DNA from: a virus
Taxonomy: Duplodnaviria; Caudoviricetes
IMG/VR virus record: IMGVR_UViG_3300027857_000006
Span: 1,907 to 65,906 of that record
Direction: 5' to 3' (one strand)
DNA: 64,000 nucleotides
The position numbers and the translations under genes are program-made. The notes under the pieces are model-generated. The model did no database searches. It was given only the letters and a program-made list of their open reading frames with translations, and was not told where the DNA came from. Below, in pieces: positions 1 through 8,219 of this stretch (positions are counted from its first letter, which is position 1; every line of letters begins with the position of its first letter).

Positions 1-896
1 CGCAACTGCCGGAGTTAACGAAGGGACTGTCGCTAGCGGACTTGCTAGCTCCGCGCCCGAAGCGGGCCTGCTGGATCGAACCGGGTCTTCTGCCCAGGTC
101 TGGGAAGTTACTCTTTGGAGGCGCGGCCAAAACCGGAAAGAGCTGGTCGTCTATGAGCATTGGCTACAGCCTGGCGACCGGATCGAGCTTGTGGGGGGCA
201 CCCCAGTTTGCTTCCGCGACCGGCAAGGTGATGCTGCTCGACAAGGAGCTTGGCGAGGACACGTTGGCGGCACGGGTGGGTCGTTTCTTCGGTGGCTTAG
301 GCCCTACCGACCTGACCAGTGCTTCTAAGAACTTTGTCGCCTTTACGGGTAACCCTCGATTCAAGTTCGATAACCCGGCCAACCGTGGGGTGCTCGACAA
401 GCTTGTCGAGGAGAACCAGCCCAACGTCGTGATCGTCGACCCGGTGTCGCGTTTCCTCAGCGGGTCGGACAGCGACAACGACGCGGTGGCCCACTTCATA
501 GAAACCCTGGATGTTGTACGCGACAAGTACAGGGACCTTGGACTTAGCTACGTCCTGATCCACCACTTTAAGAAGCCCGAGTACGACTATAGGGGGGAGC
601 TGGTTCACGCCGGGTCGGCCTACAACTTTCGTGGGGCGTCACGCTGGTACGACGACGCCGACGCCGTGGTGACCATGGTTCGCCACGAGGTTGACGGTGA
701 CCGACACTGGCGGTTGAAGTGCGAGACGCGGACCCGGCATGGTGCTGGACCTGGGGAGTTCTGGCTGTCGGTTAAGCCGGATTCGTCGACCCCAGTTTCC
801 TGGGAAGGAGTTCGCGATTCAAAATCCACGAACGAACCTGAAACCAAACCGGAGCCCGGCGCATCAGATAGAGCAGTGAGGCGATTCCGAGGATGA
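1..896 (+). CDS. RepA-like AAA (AAA_25) helicase, possibly 5'-truncated by the window edge
   Basis: Walker A GAAKTGKS, Walker B VVIVDP, LIHHFKK and FRGAS motifs of the RecA/RepA helicase family. Confidence 0.8.
   Translation, partial: QLPELTKGLSLADLLAPRPKRACWIEPGLLPRSGKLLFGGAAKTGKSWSSMSIGYSLATGSSLWGAPQFASATGKVMLLDKELGEDTLAARVGRFFGGLGPTDLTSASKNFVAFTGNPRFKFDNPANRGVLDKLVEENQPNVVIVDPVSRFLSGSDSDNDAVAHFIETLDVVRDKYRDLGLSYVLIHHFKKPEYDYRGELVHAGSAYNFRGASRWYDDADAVVTMVRHEVDGDRHWRLKCETRTRHGAGPGEFWLSVKPDSSTPVSWEGVRDSKSTNEPETKPEPGASDRAVRRFRG
839..866 (+). promoter_or_regulatory. ECF-sigma-like promoter (TGAAAC-N16-GCATCA)
   Basis: One of 7 copies of a TGWAWC-N15/16-(G)CATC-like motif, each upstream of a start codon. 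Confidence 0.55.
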
Positions 897-1336
897 AGAT
901 CTTTTTAACGGTAGCGGTTCTGTTCTGTGCGGTTGTCGTGGTAGGCAACGTAGCTAGATGGCTCGGAAACGGGGTCCAGGTAGCCCACGAGGAGTTCGAC
1001 CCGTCGGCGCTCTTGCGAAAGTACCAGTGGTTTAAGGACGCCAGCGCGTCGCTCGACGCGAAGCTGGCCGACATACAGGTCTACAACAAGCGCTTCGACG
1101 GTCTTAAGGTGGCCTACTCGGGACAACCTAGGTCGGTCTGGTCGCGCGAAGATCGCGAACAGTATAACATTTGGACCAGTGAGCTAGCCGGCGTTAGCGC
1201 GAGCTACAACTCGCTGGCGGCAGAGTACAACGCACAGATGGCCAAGTTTAACTGGAGGTTCGCCAACGTTGGCTCGCTTCCGGCAGGTGCAACCCAACCT
1301 CTCCCGCGAGAGTACAAACCGTACGTAGTGGAGTAG
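893..1336 (+). CDS. Membrane-anchored helical protein (LemA-like YN..AAEYN motif)
   Basis: N-terminal hydrophobic helix; ATGA overlap with the upstream gene. Confidence 0.6.
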   Translation: MKIFLTVAVLFCAVVVVGNVARWLGNGVQVAHEEFDPSALLRKYQWFKDASASLDAKLADIQVYNKRFDGLKVAYSGQPRSVWSREDREQYNIWTSELAGVSASYNSLAAEYNAQMAKFNWRFANVGSLPAGATQPLPREYKPYVVE

Positions 1337-1340
1337 CTCG

Positions 1341-1898
1341 ATGAAAACGATAGCTCTTTTAGCCCTGGCTCTTGTCGGCTGCGGCGTCGCAACACCACCG
1401 CCAGCCAGCAACGGCGGCGTACAGCAGAAGACGGTGTCGGTCACGACCGGCTCCGACGGTATGACGGTAGAACAGCGCAACATTGCACACCGCCTGACTA
1501 CCGACAACGAGCCGGGCTCGATCAAACACCTGTACTTGATCTCGGCATACAGCGGTCAGGTACTGATCTACAGCACGGTACTAGGGAAGGTCACGAGCAG
1601 CGGTAAGCGTCTAACTCCGCTGTCTGTTATCGGTCCACACGGCGACTACTCGGGCGGCATCACGGCAGCTATTGCTGGTGATAGCTATCAGACCACCGAG
1701 GTGATGCAGGACGACGGTACCTACGGCTCATCGGTCGACTACATCTATTGGTGGGACAGTAAGGGCGTTTACCACCAGCAGTACATTACCGGTGGCATGA
1801 TCCTGCACGTCAGCGACCAACCCCTGGCGGTGCACGGCATCGTGATCAACATGGAGCTGTCGAAGGCAGCGGAGGGCGCGCCATCTGTGGCGCGGTAG
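1341..1898 (+). CDS. Putative lipoprotein
   Basis: Signal peptide with lipobox LVGC. Confidence 0.7.
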   Translation: MKTIALLALALVGCGVATPPPASNGGVQQKTVSVTTGSDGMTVEQRNIAHRLTTDNEPGSIKHLYLISAYSGQVLIYSTVLGKVTSSGKRLTPLSVIGPHGDYSGGITAAIAGDSYQTTEVMQDDGTYGSSVDYIYWWDSKGVYHQQYITGGMILHVSDQPLAVHGIVINMELSKAAEGAPSVAR

Positions 1899-1903
1899 CT
1901 CCG

Positions 1904-2275
1904 GTGGCTTTTGGAAACGCGGGACAGAGCACTAACCCGGTCGGCTACACGCTGACCTTCGGGAAGTACAGCGGTCAGCAGTTAAGCTCAGTTCCGCTGG
2001 ACTACGTCGAGTGGTTGGCCGACGACGCGGAGAAGCGTCTGGCCCTCTGGCAAGCCGAGATAAAGCGACGCGAGACGGCCGAGGCGGCTACGGTACCCAT
2101 GTCCGAGGCGTTGGTCGAGGCTGGCTACAAGGCGCTGGCGCAGAAGTACCACCCGGACAAGGGAGGAGACGCGGCAACCTTCCAGGAGCTTGCTGGTGCT
2201 CGCGAACTGCTGCGGGCAACCCTACGTGAACTAAGGAGTCAAGGTGACACGACAACTAACCCATCAAAAGCGTAA
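1904..2275 (+). CDS. DUF3820-like (FGKY..VP.DY.EW) domain fused to a J-domain
   Basis: LTFGKYSG...VPLDYVEWL followed by YKALAQKYHPDKGGD (HPD motif). Confidence 0.75.
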   Translation: MAFGNAGQSTNPVGYTLTFGKYSGQQLSSVPLDYVEWLADDAEKRLALWQAEIKRRETAEAATVPMSEALVEAGYKALAQKYHPDKGGDAATFQELAGARELLRATLRELRSQGDTTTNPSKA

Positions 2276-2846
2276 CGTCGAGCGCGCCCAGCCTACGCCG
2301 GGCGAGACGCTGGCACAGAGACTGCGGACGTCTCTTGCTTCTAGGTCCTACGGCGGTGGAAGAGGCCTGACGCCGACTAGCGCGCTGTTGCTTGACACGT
2401 CCAGCAGCATGTCTTCACACATCGGTGCCAACCAGACCAAGATCAGTGAGCTTCGGAAGCTTGCCAACGGTTTCACCGACGTACGCCGGTTCCATTTCGG
2501 GTCGGCGGTCGAGGAGCTGAAGCCGTCGGACGCAGTTCCTGAGCCGGCCGGTGGAACTAACCTGGCGCTAGCGTTCACCGAGGTCAAGAAGGCCGGTGTC
2601 ACGCACGTGGTTCTGATCACCGACGGTCAACCCGACGACGCGCGAAGCGCACTGTACGAGGCTCGCGGACTTCGGGTAGACGTGTTCTACGTGGGACCCG
2701 ACCCGCAACCGCCGTTCCTAGCCGACCTGGCCCGGGTGACTGGCGGTTCCTACGGGAAGGCTACGCTGACCGCGCTGAAAGAACTTACGGCAGCGGTGAA
2801 ACAGCGTCTTTGTATCGAAGCGCCAAAGGGGGCGATTCAGCTATGA
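2244..2846 (+). CDS. von Willebrand factor A domain protein
   Basis: MIDAS motif LLDTSSSM, GGTNL, LITDGQP. Confidence 0.85.
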   Translation: MTRQLTHQKRNVERAQPTPGETLAQRLRTSLASRSYGGGRGLTPTSALLLDTSSSMSSHIGANQTKISELRKLANGFTDVRRFHFGSAVEELKPSDAVPEPAGGTNLALAFTEVKKAGVTHVVLITDGQPDDARSALYEARGLRVDVFYVGPDPQPPFLADLARVTGGSYGKATLTALKELTAAVKQRLCIEAPKGAIQL

Positions 2847-3070
2847 TCGAGTTAAAGACAACAATAACCAACGAGCTGGCGGCTACGGCCGAGCAGTTCG
2901 ACGCGGCCAACGAGGCGCTAGCCGGCGAGTTCCGCGTCGCCGGTGCCAACGAGGAGGCTCTGGACACCGGACTTTCCTACGCGGAGTTACTGCGACGGGT
3001 GCTTTACGGCAAGACGACGCCACTCGAAGAGGTGGCCAGTGTGCTTGTGGAGGAGTTGTCAAATGACTGA
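2843..3070 (+). CDS. Hypothetical protein
   Basis: ATGA-coupled acidic ORF filling the gap between neighbours. Confidence 0.6.
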   Translation: MIELKTTITNELAATAEQFDAANEALAGEFRVAGANEEALDTGLSYAELLRRVLYGKTTPLEEVASVLVEELSND

Positions 3071-3668
3071 GCGGGACGCAAGGATCTTACTACTGGAGGC
3101 GGCGACAGAGTACGTTCCGGACGCGGTCTTTCCGGCCACAGTGGACCTGTTGACCGACCCGTCGTTCACGACCTGGCCGGCGTCGTTGGACAAGCACCAC
3201 GCCTACCGGGGCGGACTCCTGGTCCACACGGCCGAGGTTCTCGACCACGCGCTGTGGTCGTCGGCTACCACCAAGGCCGACCGGTCTGTTCTAGCCACGG
3301 CTGCGATCTGGCACGATAGCGCTAAGATGCGGGACTACCGGCTACTGAAGCCGGGCGAGGTCCAGGAGCCCGATAAAAAGTTTCTCAACACTGACCTAGG
3401 AGTCTTTGTTGACGCCGACTTTAAAAAGCTTATCTACCACGTAGCCGGTTCCTACGCGAACTGGACGGCGACGGCTCTGGCAGCCGGCTTGGCTGGCGAT
3501 GACCCGTTCAAAGACGCCGTGTCGCACTGCATGCTGGCACACCACGGTAGCCGTGGATGGAATAGTCCCGTCGAGCCACAGACTGTCGAGGCTCTGTTGC
3601 TTTCGCAGGCGGATTTACTAAGCGCGCTTTACGGGGCGGCTCGGTACTCGCCGCACGAGGTGATCTAG
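3063..3668 (+). CDS. HD-domain hydrolase (YhaM-like 3'-5' exonuclease)
   Basis: HHAYRGGLLVHT, AIWHDSAK, LAHHG, P.TVEA...AD motifs; GGAG upstream of ATG 3063. Confidence 0.85.
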   Translation: MTERDARILLLEAATEYVPDAVFPATVDLLTDPSFTTWPASLDKHHAYRGGLLVHTAEVLDHALWSSATTKADRSVLATAAIWHDSAKMRDYRLLKPGEVQEPDKKFLNTDLGVFVDADFKKLIYHVAGSYANWTATALAAGLAGDDPFKDAVSHCMLAHHGSRGWNSPVEPQTVEALLLSQADLLSALYGAARYSPHEVI

Positions 3669-3935
3669 ATGCTCGAAGTTGGCCATCCGGTACGTTGTAC
3701 TTGCGATCCGTGCCTGCGTTCCTGGAACGAGATAGCGCACTACCTTCGGTCGACGGAGCCACCAGCCAGCAGTGGCGGTCTCTGGTACGGGGACCCGACG
3801 GCGGTTGAGAGAGGCCGGGCCCGGGACTTCTGCGGACGGGCCGACCTGGAGAAGCTAGACAGCCGGTCGTCCGATCTTCGCACTTTCCGGGAAGTTCGCC
3901 GGATAGGCTACACCCGCCGAGGCAACCTGACTTGA
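3669..3935 (+). CDS. Hypothetical protein
   Basis: Abuts the upstream stop codon; HxxxCxCxxC near the N-terminus. Confidence 0.45.
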   Translation: MLEVGHPVRCTCDPCLRSWNEIAHYLRSTEPPASSGGLWYGDPTAVERGRARDFCGRADLEKLDSRSSDLRTFREVRRIGYTRRGNLT

Positions 3936-4085
3936 AGTACCAGGAGGAACGATTCACGGTGGGTCAGCCGGCTAAGGTGACCTGCTGCCAAGCGTGTGTG
4001 TACGGACGAGGCGACCACGCGTGGTGGTGCAAGCAACATCGTAACTATGAGACGCTTAAGCGTTGGATTGAGGACGTGTTAGACA

Positions 4086-4343
4086 ATGATTACGACCCTT
4101 AACTTTGACGGACCAGAGCAGCCCTACCGGACTCGCGGTGGTGAGTGGGCCGTGGTAACCGGGCGCGAGGGCGACCACTGGAACGGCGTGCTGTTACCGT
4201 CCGAGTTGGAAAACTCGTGGGACTTGGCCGGCAACGACCTGGACGGACAGTCCAAGTACGACCTAGTCTCTTCCTGCGGTGCCAACAGTGCCGAGGCCAA
4301 GCGATGGTCGGCTACGGCGTCCCGCTTGCGAGGAGAAGCGTGA
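4086..4343 (+). CDS. Hypothetical protein (Y.TR.G..A.V family, resembles 53050-53415)
   Basis: GAGG RBS; YRTRGGEWAVV...YDLV. Confidence 0.6.
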   Translation: MITTLNFDGPEQPYRTRGGEWAVVTGREGDHWNGVLLPSELENSWDLAGNDLDGQSKYDLVSSCGANSAEAKRWSATASRLRGEA

Positions 4344-4729
4344 TTAGTGAGTTCCAGGGTCCATACCGTTTCCTTTCTAACTTTTGGATTGAGCCGGACG
4401 GAACGTGCGTTGAAGTTGAGTATCAGCAGTCCAAGACAGATCCGCCAAGCAACTTTTCCGGGATGACTCCTGGTCAAGCTAAGAGGGCGGGCATAAGAGC
4501 CAAGTTGCGACCTGACTGGAATTCTATTAAGGTTGGAATTATGATCGGTCTTGTCAGAAGGAAGTTCTCTGATCACCCGTCGCTTGCCGCCAAGCTAATT
4601 TCAACAGGCAGCGAGCAGCTAATCGAGGGGAATCGTTGGGGCGACCGATTTTGGGGCGTATGCGGAGGTTCTGGACTAAACAAGTTGGGTGAGATCCTAA
4701 TGAAGGTTCGCGAAGAGGTGAGTCGATGA
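4340..4729 (+). CDS. NADAR family ADP-ribose/N-glycoside hydrolase
   Basis: FLSNF, VE..YQ..K, RPDW, KF, LIEGN.WGD.FWG, G.N.LG.ILM motifs; GTG start with GGAG RBS. Confidence 0.9.
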   Translation: MISEFQGPYRFLSNFWIEPDGTCVEVEYQQSKTDPPSNFSGMTPGQAKRAGIRAKLRPDWNSIKVGIMIGLVRRKFSDHPSLAAKLISTGSEQLIEGNRWGDRFWGVCGGSGLNKLGEILMKVREEVSR

Positions 4730-4956
4730 CATACACACGACGCTCGCTAGCCTACCTGCTTCCCTTCAGCGGTCTCGCCATGCAGACACTGGCGGCTCGT
4801 GCTGGCGGCGAGCCGCCAGACGGCAACTACGCCGCCTGGAAGGAACTGGAGACGGCCTGGAACCCGTTCGCCAAGGATCTGAACGACGGTGTGTTCAACA
4901 CACGTCAGTGGGAACGGGTGAAGAAGGCGCTGCGCGGCGTGGGTGGATGCAAGTGA
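4726..4956 (+). CDS. Small protein with possible Tat-like signal (TRRSL)
   Basis: ATGA coupling; RR followed by a hydrophobic stretch. Confidence 0.5.
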   Translation: MTYTRRSLAYLLPFSGLAMQTLAARAGGEPPDGNYAAWKELETAWNPFAKDLNDGVFNTRQWERVKKALRGVGGCK

Positions 4957-4969
4957 AGGGAGAAAAGAA

Positions 4970-5773
4970 GTGGTAACAGTTGATTCGGTAGTTAAAAGCG
5001 GTAACTTTAACGGGGTGACGTCGTTCTCGTTTGCGAACACGACGGGCACTAACGCCAACCGGGCGGCGTACGTAGTTGTTCTGACGGCTGACCTTCCGCC
5101 GGTGTCGGTGACACTGGGTGGTCAGTCTTTGACGCAGCTCGTCAGCGGAACCGATCCGGTCTACAATATCCACAACGCCTCGGTCTGGTTGCTGTTAGCG
5201 CCTCCGTCCGGGGACGGCACGGTGCAGGTGACGCTGTCGGCTCCAACGCAGTTCCATAGCACGTCGCGTGGGGCTTCGGCCGTGGCCTACAACCTTTCTG
5301 GCGTAGACCAGAGCGCCCCCAACGACGGCACCGCCGTGGTCGCCAACAGTTACTACCAGCAGTCGACTAGCCAGTCGCTGACGCTGACGACGGCTTCGCC
5401 CAACGACCTGGTGTTGTCGGCGATCATGATCTCGGACACTAGCGACGAGGCCAACGTGACGGCCTGGCCCGGGAACGAGGATGCGCTTTACATCGGCAGC
5501 GTCGGTCACGTTTCCCTCTACAGCAGTCAGTCAGATAGTGGACCGGCTGGTTCTAGGACCTTGTCGTGGACCTGGCAGAACACGGAACCGTCCGTAGCCG
5601 TTTCGGTTGCCGTCAAGGCCGCCGCCGCCGCTCCACCGCCCGGCGGCAGTATCGTCTGGTCTTCGGGAACCCTGGCTGCTCGTCCAGGCTCGGCCCAGGC
5701 CGGCGTCCTCTCTCTCTACGCGGCTACCGACGTCAAGGTGCTCTTCTGGTCGCTGGGTGGAGGCTGGTCGTGA
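4970..5773 (+). CDS. Beta-rich, fibre/Ig-like protein
   Basis: S/T/V-rich beta composition; C-terminal GTLAARP...LYAATD...W segment typical of phage fibres. Confidence 0.6.
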   Translation: MVTVDSVVKSGNFNGVTSFSFANTTGTNANRAAYVVVLTADLPPVSVTLGGQSLTQLVSGTDPVYNIHNASVWLLLAPPSGDGTVQVTLSAPTQFHSTSRGASAVAYNLSGVDQSAPNDGTAVVANSYYQQSTSQSLTLTTASPNDLVLSAIMISDTSDEANVTAWPGNEDALYIGSVGHVSLYSSQSDSGPAGSRTLSWTWQNTEPSVAVSVAVKAAAAAPPPGGSIVWSSGTLAARPGSAQAGVLSLYAATDVKVLFWSLGGGWS

Positions 5774-6939
5774 GCGGCTGGTTTCCCTTCCGGGTACCGG
5801 TGCCCGGGACCGACGACTGGCCGTGTTCCCTCCACGACCCGCAACACACGGGGCGGTCGGCTGACGTCTTGCTGCCGCCACTGCGTCTGCTGTGGACCTG
5901 GCAGAACAACCACCCGTTCGATCTGACCAAGGGCTACAGTGAGACCTGGAATCAGCTTGTGTCGGTCGGTGGACGGTTGCTGGTCAGCGGTGGGTTGAAC
6001 AGTAACCGGCTTCTGGCGCTTGGCGAGGACCGGACGCGGGCTTGGGAGGCCGACAACGGTGGCTACACCGAGAGCCAAAGCCCGTTCTACGGTAACAACG
6101 GCCTGGCAGTCGCCGGAGGCCAGGTTCTCTTCACCAGTACCGACTACAGCTACAGCGTCTCGCTAGCTGACGGGACTATCTCGCCACCTCTCGACAACAC
6201 CAACGGGGAGCCGTCCGGTGGTGCGACCGTTATGCCAAACGGGGACGTCTACCAGCAGTTCGTCGAAACCGACAGTGGGGTCAACGACCTGGTACTCTAC
6301 CACGGTCTGTCCTCGCCGCTGGTGGAGGCCGCACACTACTCTGTCGGCAACGGGACCCTAAACGACGTGACCTTTCGGGTTCCGGCGGTCGATAGCGGGC
6401 GTGTCTACGCGTCGCTGCTAGGCTCGCTGTGCGCCTTCGACGCTGGTACGCTTGGGCTACTGTGGACTGGACCGGCTTCGTCGGGAACGTCGCCATGTGC
6501 TTCCGGTGGTCGTGTCTGGGTGGCCACTGACTACGGACGCTTCACGGCGCTCGACGGAGCGACTGGATCGGTGATCTGGTCGGTTCAGGTAGCGGGAGGC
6601 CTGGTTCCACTGGTTGACCCGGTAGCCGGGGTGATCTATGTCGGAAGCTCGGACGGGAACCTGTACGCTCTACGGGCTTCGGACGGTAGCGTTCTTTGGA
6701 GCGCTCTGGTTGGTGGTCCGGTAGGCCAACAACAGCAGCCGGCCCTATCGGGAGCCCTTCTCTACGCTCCGGTGTCCGATGGAGTCCTGCGGGTATTTTC
6801 GACGGACACCGGACGGCTGGTTTACAGTACGCAGGTAAGCAGTCGTCCAATCGGCCCGGTTACGCTTGGGCGAGGACGACTGTACGTCAGCGACTCGGCG
6901 GGAGTGGTGTACGCCTACCAGCCGGCAGCGGTTCGCTAA
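5770..6939 (+). CDS. PQQ-like (BamB-type) beta-propeller protein
   Basis: Repeated ALDGATG..IW / ALRASDG..LW tryptophan-docking motifs; GTGA coupling. Confidence 0.85.
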   Translation: MSGWFPFRVPVPGTDDWPCSLHDPQHTGRSADVLLPPLRLLWTWQNNHPFDLTKGYSETWNQLVSVGGRLLVSGGLNSNRLLALGEDRTRAWEADNGGYTESQSPFYGNNGLAVAGGQVLFTSTDYSYSVSLADGTISPPLDNTNGEPSGGATVMPNGDVYQQFVETDSGVNDLVLYHGLSSPLVEAAHYSVGNGTLNDVTFRVPAVDSGRVYASLLGSLCAFDAGTLGLLWTGPASSGTSPCASGGRVWVATDYGRFTALDGATGSVIWSVQVAGGLVPLVDPVAGVIYVGSSDGNLYALRASDGSVLWSALVGGPVGQQQQPALSGALLYAPVSDGVLRVFSTDTGRLVYSTQVSSRPIGPVTLGRGRLYVSDSAGVVYAYQPAAVR

Positions 6940-6999
6940 GGTCAAGCAGCGCGGGGACCGGTGGCGGCGGCAGTGTGTGAAGAGGACCGGTTCAAAGAG

Positions 7000-7037
7000 A
7001 AAACCCCCAGGGGCCACGACGGCTCGCTGGGGGTTTT
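7000..7037. terminator. Bidirectional intrinsic terminator between the convergent arms
   Basis: AAAACCCCCAG...CTGGGGGTTTT inverted repeat. Confidence 0.8.
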
Positions 7038-7143
7038 GTTGTTTATGCTCGGGCTGCGCACCGGTTCCCACCCGGCCAGCCGACCAGGGACGCTGTAGCG
7101 CCCACTGGCCTGCCTGGTTGGGTTCAAGCGTTAGGTTAGCACG

Positions 7144-8217
7144 TCACTTGCGATCAAGCAAGGCCCTGATCTGGTTGGTTAAGTCCTTTGGAAGACCGCT
7201 GGCCTCTAGCTGCTTTCTGAGCTGATCCTCGGCCATGGTGGTCGGCTGCTGCTGGATACGGACGCGAGCTACGCTCTGGCTGTTTGGGCGGATGTTGGTG
7301 CTGACTCTTCCCGTAGCCAGGGAAGTCTGCGGCGAAACCGACAGGTCTCCAAGCTCGGCGGCTGGGAAGCGAGCCGGTAGCGCCGGTGGACGGATGGTAC
7401 CGGCCGGGTTCGGCGGACCGTTAAACTGTCCCATGGCACTGAGCGGAGGAATGTTGGGGCTTTGGGAAGATGACCCCGTGCCGGTGACTCCCGGGAAGTT
7501 AGCGGCAAGCCCCTGGCTGATAGGTGCCGGCGGCGAAGCCGGCGTGGGAGCAGAGGACGCGGCGGGCATAGCCGACTTTGACGAAATAATCTTGTTTAAG
7601 CCGAGACGTCGACCGAAGGGGGTTTCGGCAAGCATCGCCAGTAGTCCAGGAGGCTCCTCAAATTCGCCGCGAACGGCGGCCGGTACCCGAGCAGCGGCTG
7701 TTCCGGCAGCACCGCCTACAAGTGCTCCACCACCAACACCGGCTAGTTCCTGGCCACCAGGTCCAGCGCCAGCCATGGAAGCAATGGCCTTAGCCAGCTT
7801 ACTGCCAGCCAGACCGGCTCCTGTGCCAAGGGCGGTTGCTAGTGGGTGAGCAACAGCCGCCTCCGCACCGAACGGTAGCGCCGACAGGCCGATGGTTCCA
7901 GCTAGCTTTGCCAGCGCTCCGAGACGCTCATCACCGGTCATTTCGCCAGGTCCCTTGACGGGTTGCATGGTACCCGGGTCTACCCAGCCCTTGGACGGCT
8001 TGAGTTGCTGCGGAGTTGGACGTAACGAACCAAGTCGACCGGCGCTTTCGGCCATAGCCGCCTGACCCTGTAGGTGGGTGCGCAGAGCCAGAAAGTCCTT
8101 GTCGCCGATCTGGCTGTAGGACGGGTCGATTCTGGCAAGAATTGCCTTTTGCTGTTCTAGCGTCATACTTGGATCGTTGAAGCGCGGGTCGCTGAAAAGA
8201 CCCTGTAGATCAGCCAT
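7144..8217 (-). CDS. Putative internal virion/ejection protein
   Basis: Gly/Ala-rich hydrophobic helices; distal end of the virion operon. Confidence 0.55.
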   Translation of the reverse strand: MADLQGLFSDPRFNDPSMTLEQQKAILARIDPSYSQIGDKDFLALRTHLQGQAAMAESAGRLGSLRPTPQQLKPSKGWVDPGTMQPVKGPGEMTGDERLGALAKLAGTIGLSALPFGAEAAVAHPLATALGTGAGLAGSKLAKAIASMAGAGPGGQELAGVGGGALVGGAAGTAAARVPAAVRGEFEEPPGLLAMLAETPFGRRLGLNKIISSKSAMPAASSAPTPASPPAPISQGLAANFPGVTGTGSSSQSPNIPPLSAMGQFNGPPNPAGTIRPPALPARFPAAELGDLSVSPQTSLATGRVSTNIRPNSQSVARVRIQQQPTTMAEDQLRKQLEASGLPKDLTNQIRALLDRK

Positions 8218-8219
8218 GG

